Assembly (NCBI GenBank): GCA_964389465.1
Contig: CAYMDK010000006.1
Coordinates: 1 to 62,503 of the forward strand
DNA from: an uncultured archaeon
Lineage (GTDB): Archaea > Thermoplasmatota > Poseidoniia > MGIII > CG-Epi1
Direction of reading: 5' to 3'
DNA: 62,503 bases
This document shows positions 60,288 through 62,503 of this stretch, one piece after another; within the stretch, counting starts at the first letter, position 1; every line of letters begins with the position of its first letter. The notes beneath the pieces were generated by a model. The model was not told the origin of the DNA. It saw only the letters and a program-made list of their open reading frames with translations, and did no database searches. The translations under genes were made by a program, and so were the position numbers.

Positions 60288-62002
60288 CAGAACTCCGACG
60301 GTTCGCGGTATTCGCCGAAGACCCCGCGCAGCACTTCGCACAGTTCGCCTAGCGTTGCGTCGGCGCGGACCGCTGTGATAAAGTGCGGCATCAGGTTGTC
60401 GTCGCCCTCGGCCGCCTTCTGGACCGCGTCGAGCGCTGCGGTGTGCTTCTTCGCGTCGCGTTGCTTGCGCAGCCGCGCCAGCCGCGCGCACTGCCGCTCG
60501 AAGCCTTTCGGGTCCATCTCCAGTATGGGGATTTCGACCGGCTCGTCGACCGTGTGCGCGTTGACACCGACAATTTTGCGCTCGCCCGAGTCGATTTCGC
60601 GCTGGTAGGCGTAGGCCGCCGCGGCGATTTCCTTCTGGAACCAGCCTTTCTCAATGGCGGGGATGACACCGCCGAGCGAATCGATGCGGTCGAAGTAGTC
60701 GCGTGCCTGCCGCTCAAGGTCGTCGGTGAGCCACTCAAGGTAGTATGAGCCGCCGAGCGGGTCAACCACGTTGGCGGCGCCCGACTCATGTGCAATCACC
60801 TGTTGCGTGCGCAGCGCAATCTGCGCCGCCTTCTCCGACGGCAGCGCCAGCGCCTCATCCATCGCGTCGGTGTGCAGCGACTGCGTGCCACCCATCACGC
60901 CGGCGAGCGCCTGGATAGCGACGCGCACTATGTTGACTTCAGGCTGCTGCGCCGTCAGCGAGCAGCCGGCGGTCTGCGTGTGGAACCTTAGCTTCCACGA
61001 GCGCGGGTCTTGCGCGCCATACTTCTCGCGCATCTCGCGCGCCCAGATGCGGCGCGCAGCGCGATATTTGGCGATTTCCTCGAAAAAGTCGTTGTGCGCG
61101 TTGAAGAAGAACGAGAGCCGTGGCGCGAACTCGTCGACACCCAGCCCGCGCTTAACCGCGTCGTCGACGTAGGCAAAGCCGTCGGCGAGCGTGAACGCCA
61201 GCTCCTGCGCCGCGGTGGAGCCGGCCTCACGGATGTGGTAGCCCGAAATCGAGATGGTGTTCCACTTCGGCATCTCGCGCGTGCCGAACTCGACCGTGTC
61301 GGTCACCAGCCGCAGCGACGGTAGCGGTGGATAGAGATACTCCTTCTGCGCGATGAACTCCTTCAGGATATCGTTCTGGATGGTGCCGCCCAGCTTCGCG
61401 CGCGGGACGCCGTTGTTCTCGGCGTTGGCGATATACATCGCCCAGGTAATTGCCGCGGGCGAGTTGATGGTCATCGACGTCGTGACCTTGTCGAGCGGAA
61501 TCCCGTCGAACAGCTGCGCCATGTCCTCCAGTGACGAGACGCCCACCCCACATTCGCCGAACTCGCCCGCCGCGGTGGGCGAGTCGGAGTCGTAGCCGTA
61601 GAGCGTCGGCAGGTCGAAGGCGGTGCTGAGCCCAGTCTGCCCCTGCGAAAGGAGATACTTGAAGCGCGCATTGGTCTCGCGCGCCGAACCAAAACCGGCG
61701 AACATGCGCATGGTCCAGAGCCGGCCGCGATGCATCGTGGCGTGGATTCCGCGGGTACAGGGATACTCGCCCGGGAAGCCGATGTCGCGGTCGTAGTCGA
61801 GGCCCGCGTTGTCGAGCGGCGTGTAGAGCCGCCCCACCTCCTGCCCCGAGGTGGTGATGAAGCGCGGCCGCCGTTCAGGATGCTTCTCCAGCGCCGGCGC
61901 GAGCGTCTCGCGCTCCCAGCGCGCCCGCTCCGCCTCGAGGTCGCCGGCGCGCGATTTTTCGCCGCCACCACTCCCGGCGGCGGTTCCATCGGGCGGAGTC
62001 AT
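60287..62002 (-). CDS. Methylmalonyl-CoA mutase family, large (substrate-binding) subunit
   Basis: [51 protein letters not shown]; no fused B12-binding domain. Confidence 0.94.
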   Translation of the reverse strand: MTPPDGTAAGSGGGEKSRAGDLEAERARWERETLAPALEKHPERRPRFITTSGQEVGRLYTPLDNAGLDYDRDIGFPGEYPCTRGIHATMHRGRLWTMRMFAGFGSARETNARFKYLLSQGQTGLSTAFDLPTLYGYDSDSPTAAGEFGECGVGVSSLEDMAQLFDGIPLDKVTTSMTINSPAAITWAMYIANAENNGVPRAKLGGTIQNDILKEFIAQKEYLYPPLPSLRLVTDTVEFGTREMPKWNTISISGYHIREAGSTAAQELAFTLADGFAYVDDAVKRGLGVDEFAPRLSFFFNAHNDFFEEIAKYRAARRIWAREMREKYGAQDPRSWKLRFHTQTAGCSLTAQQPEVNIVRVAIQALAGVMGGTQSLHTDAMDEALALPSEKAAQIALRTQQVIAHESGAANVVDPLGGSYYLEWLTDDLERQARDYFDRIDSLGGVIPAIEKGWFQKEIAAAAYAYQREIDSGERKIVGVNAHTVDEPVEIPILEMDPKGFERQCARLARLRKQRDAKKHTAALDAVQKAAEGDDNLMPHFITAVRADATLGELCEVLRGVFGEYREPSEF

Positions 62003-62063
62003 CGCGCTCCGGAGGTGTGGATGTAATAAGGATTATCGGCGAGCGACTACCTGAGTTTAGCGA

Positions 62064-62503
62064 TTAATTATCATCGAAAAATATCTGGTTGTAGTACCTG
62101 ACCGAGGTCTGTCCGATTTTTATCTTGCTGGAGCAAGCTCTCACCTCATCAGGCGTAATCTCCTCCAGTAACAGCTTTATGGCCAGGTAAGGAATGTTCA
62201 GCCCCGGTGCGAAAATCTGGGTAGATATCCTGGGATTCAGTTCAATCAGGTACTCCCCGATAAACTGGGCATTGACAATCCAGTCCAGGTCCAGCGCCTT
62301 CGCGATATGCCTGGTGCTTTCGAGCAGCTCAGGACTCTCAACCTGGATAAATTTCATTGGCAAGCCGCAACGTTCGTTGTGTCGGGACTTGATGGGGCAC
62401 AGCAGGACCTTCCCGTTCCTGGTCAGGGGGTCAGTAGTGCAATCGATGCCTTGGACGTATTCCATGACGAGTAATTCAGGGAAATCATCGTCCTTTCCGA
62501 AGA
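62064..62503 (-). CDS. ATP-grasp domain protein (5' part outside window)
   Basis: LLVMEYV, NAQF, LIELNPRIS; frame stays open to the window edge; lower GC than neighbours. Confidence 0.8.
   Translation of the reverse strand, partial: FGKDDDFPELLVMEYVQGIDCTTDPLTRNGKVLLCPIKSRHNERCGLPMKFIQVESPELLESTRHIAKALDLDWIVNAQFIGEYLIELNPRISTQIFAPGLNIPYLAIKLLLEEITPDEVRACSSKIKIGQTSVRYYNQIFFDDN

Overview
A gene-dense, GC-rich archaeal chromosomal segment. Archaeal markers include rpl10e, TFB, Gar1, aIF-1A-RIO1-KH, Rpp21, DTD2, isopentenyl phosphate kinase, archaeal SepF and tRNA-Arg(GCG); several genes have TATA boxes about 25 nt before the start codon. Class II HMG-CoA reductase, bacterial-type TCA and amino-acid catabolic enzymes, and many large PKD/CARDB surface proteins suggest Thermoplasmatota, probably Marine Group II/III (inference). 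About 50 CDS and one tRNA are supported. No rRNA, CRISPR array, transposase, integrase or reverse transcriptase is visible. Most notable observations: (1) a lower-GC surface-protein islet at 1-6550. There, a membrane protein with a cytoplasmic longin/roadblock-like domain is bracketed by a degenerate repeat made of a membrane-anchor tail plus a promoter-like segment, next to a 24-blade beta-propeller protein with position-specific variability. (2) Repeated duplication of gene 3' ends (window start, sucD, sdhA) plus an orphan anchor-only micro-ORF. (3) A QueD homologue lacking all three Zn-ligand histidines, adjacent to an MBL-fold hydrolase. (4) A tandem-RHH-ftsZ operon flanked by TGAC-type palindromes. 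(5) A TFB with an eroded B-reader behind a tandem palindromic repeat. All calls come from motif recognition by eye; no database searches were run, and several start codons were re-chosen from the ORF track.
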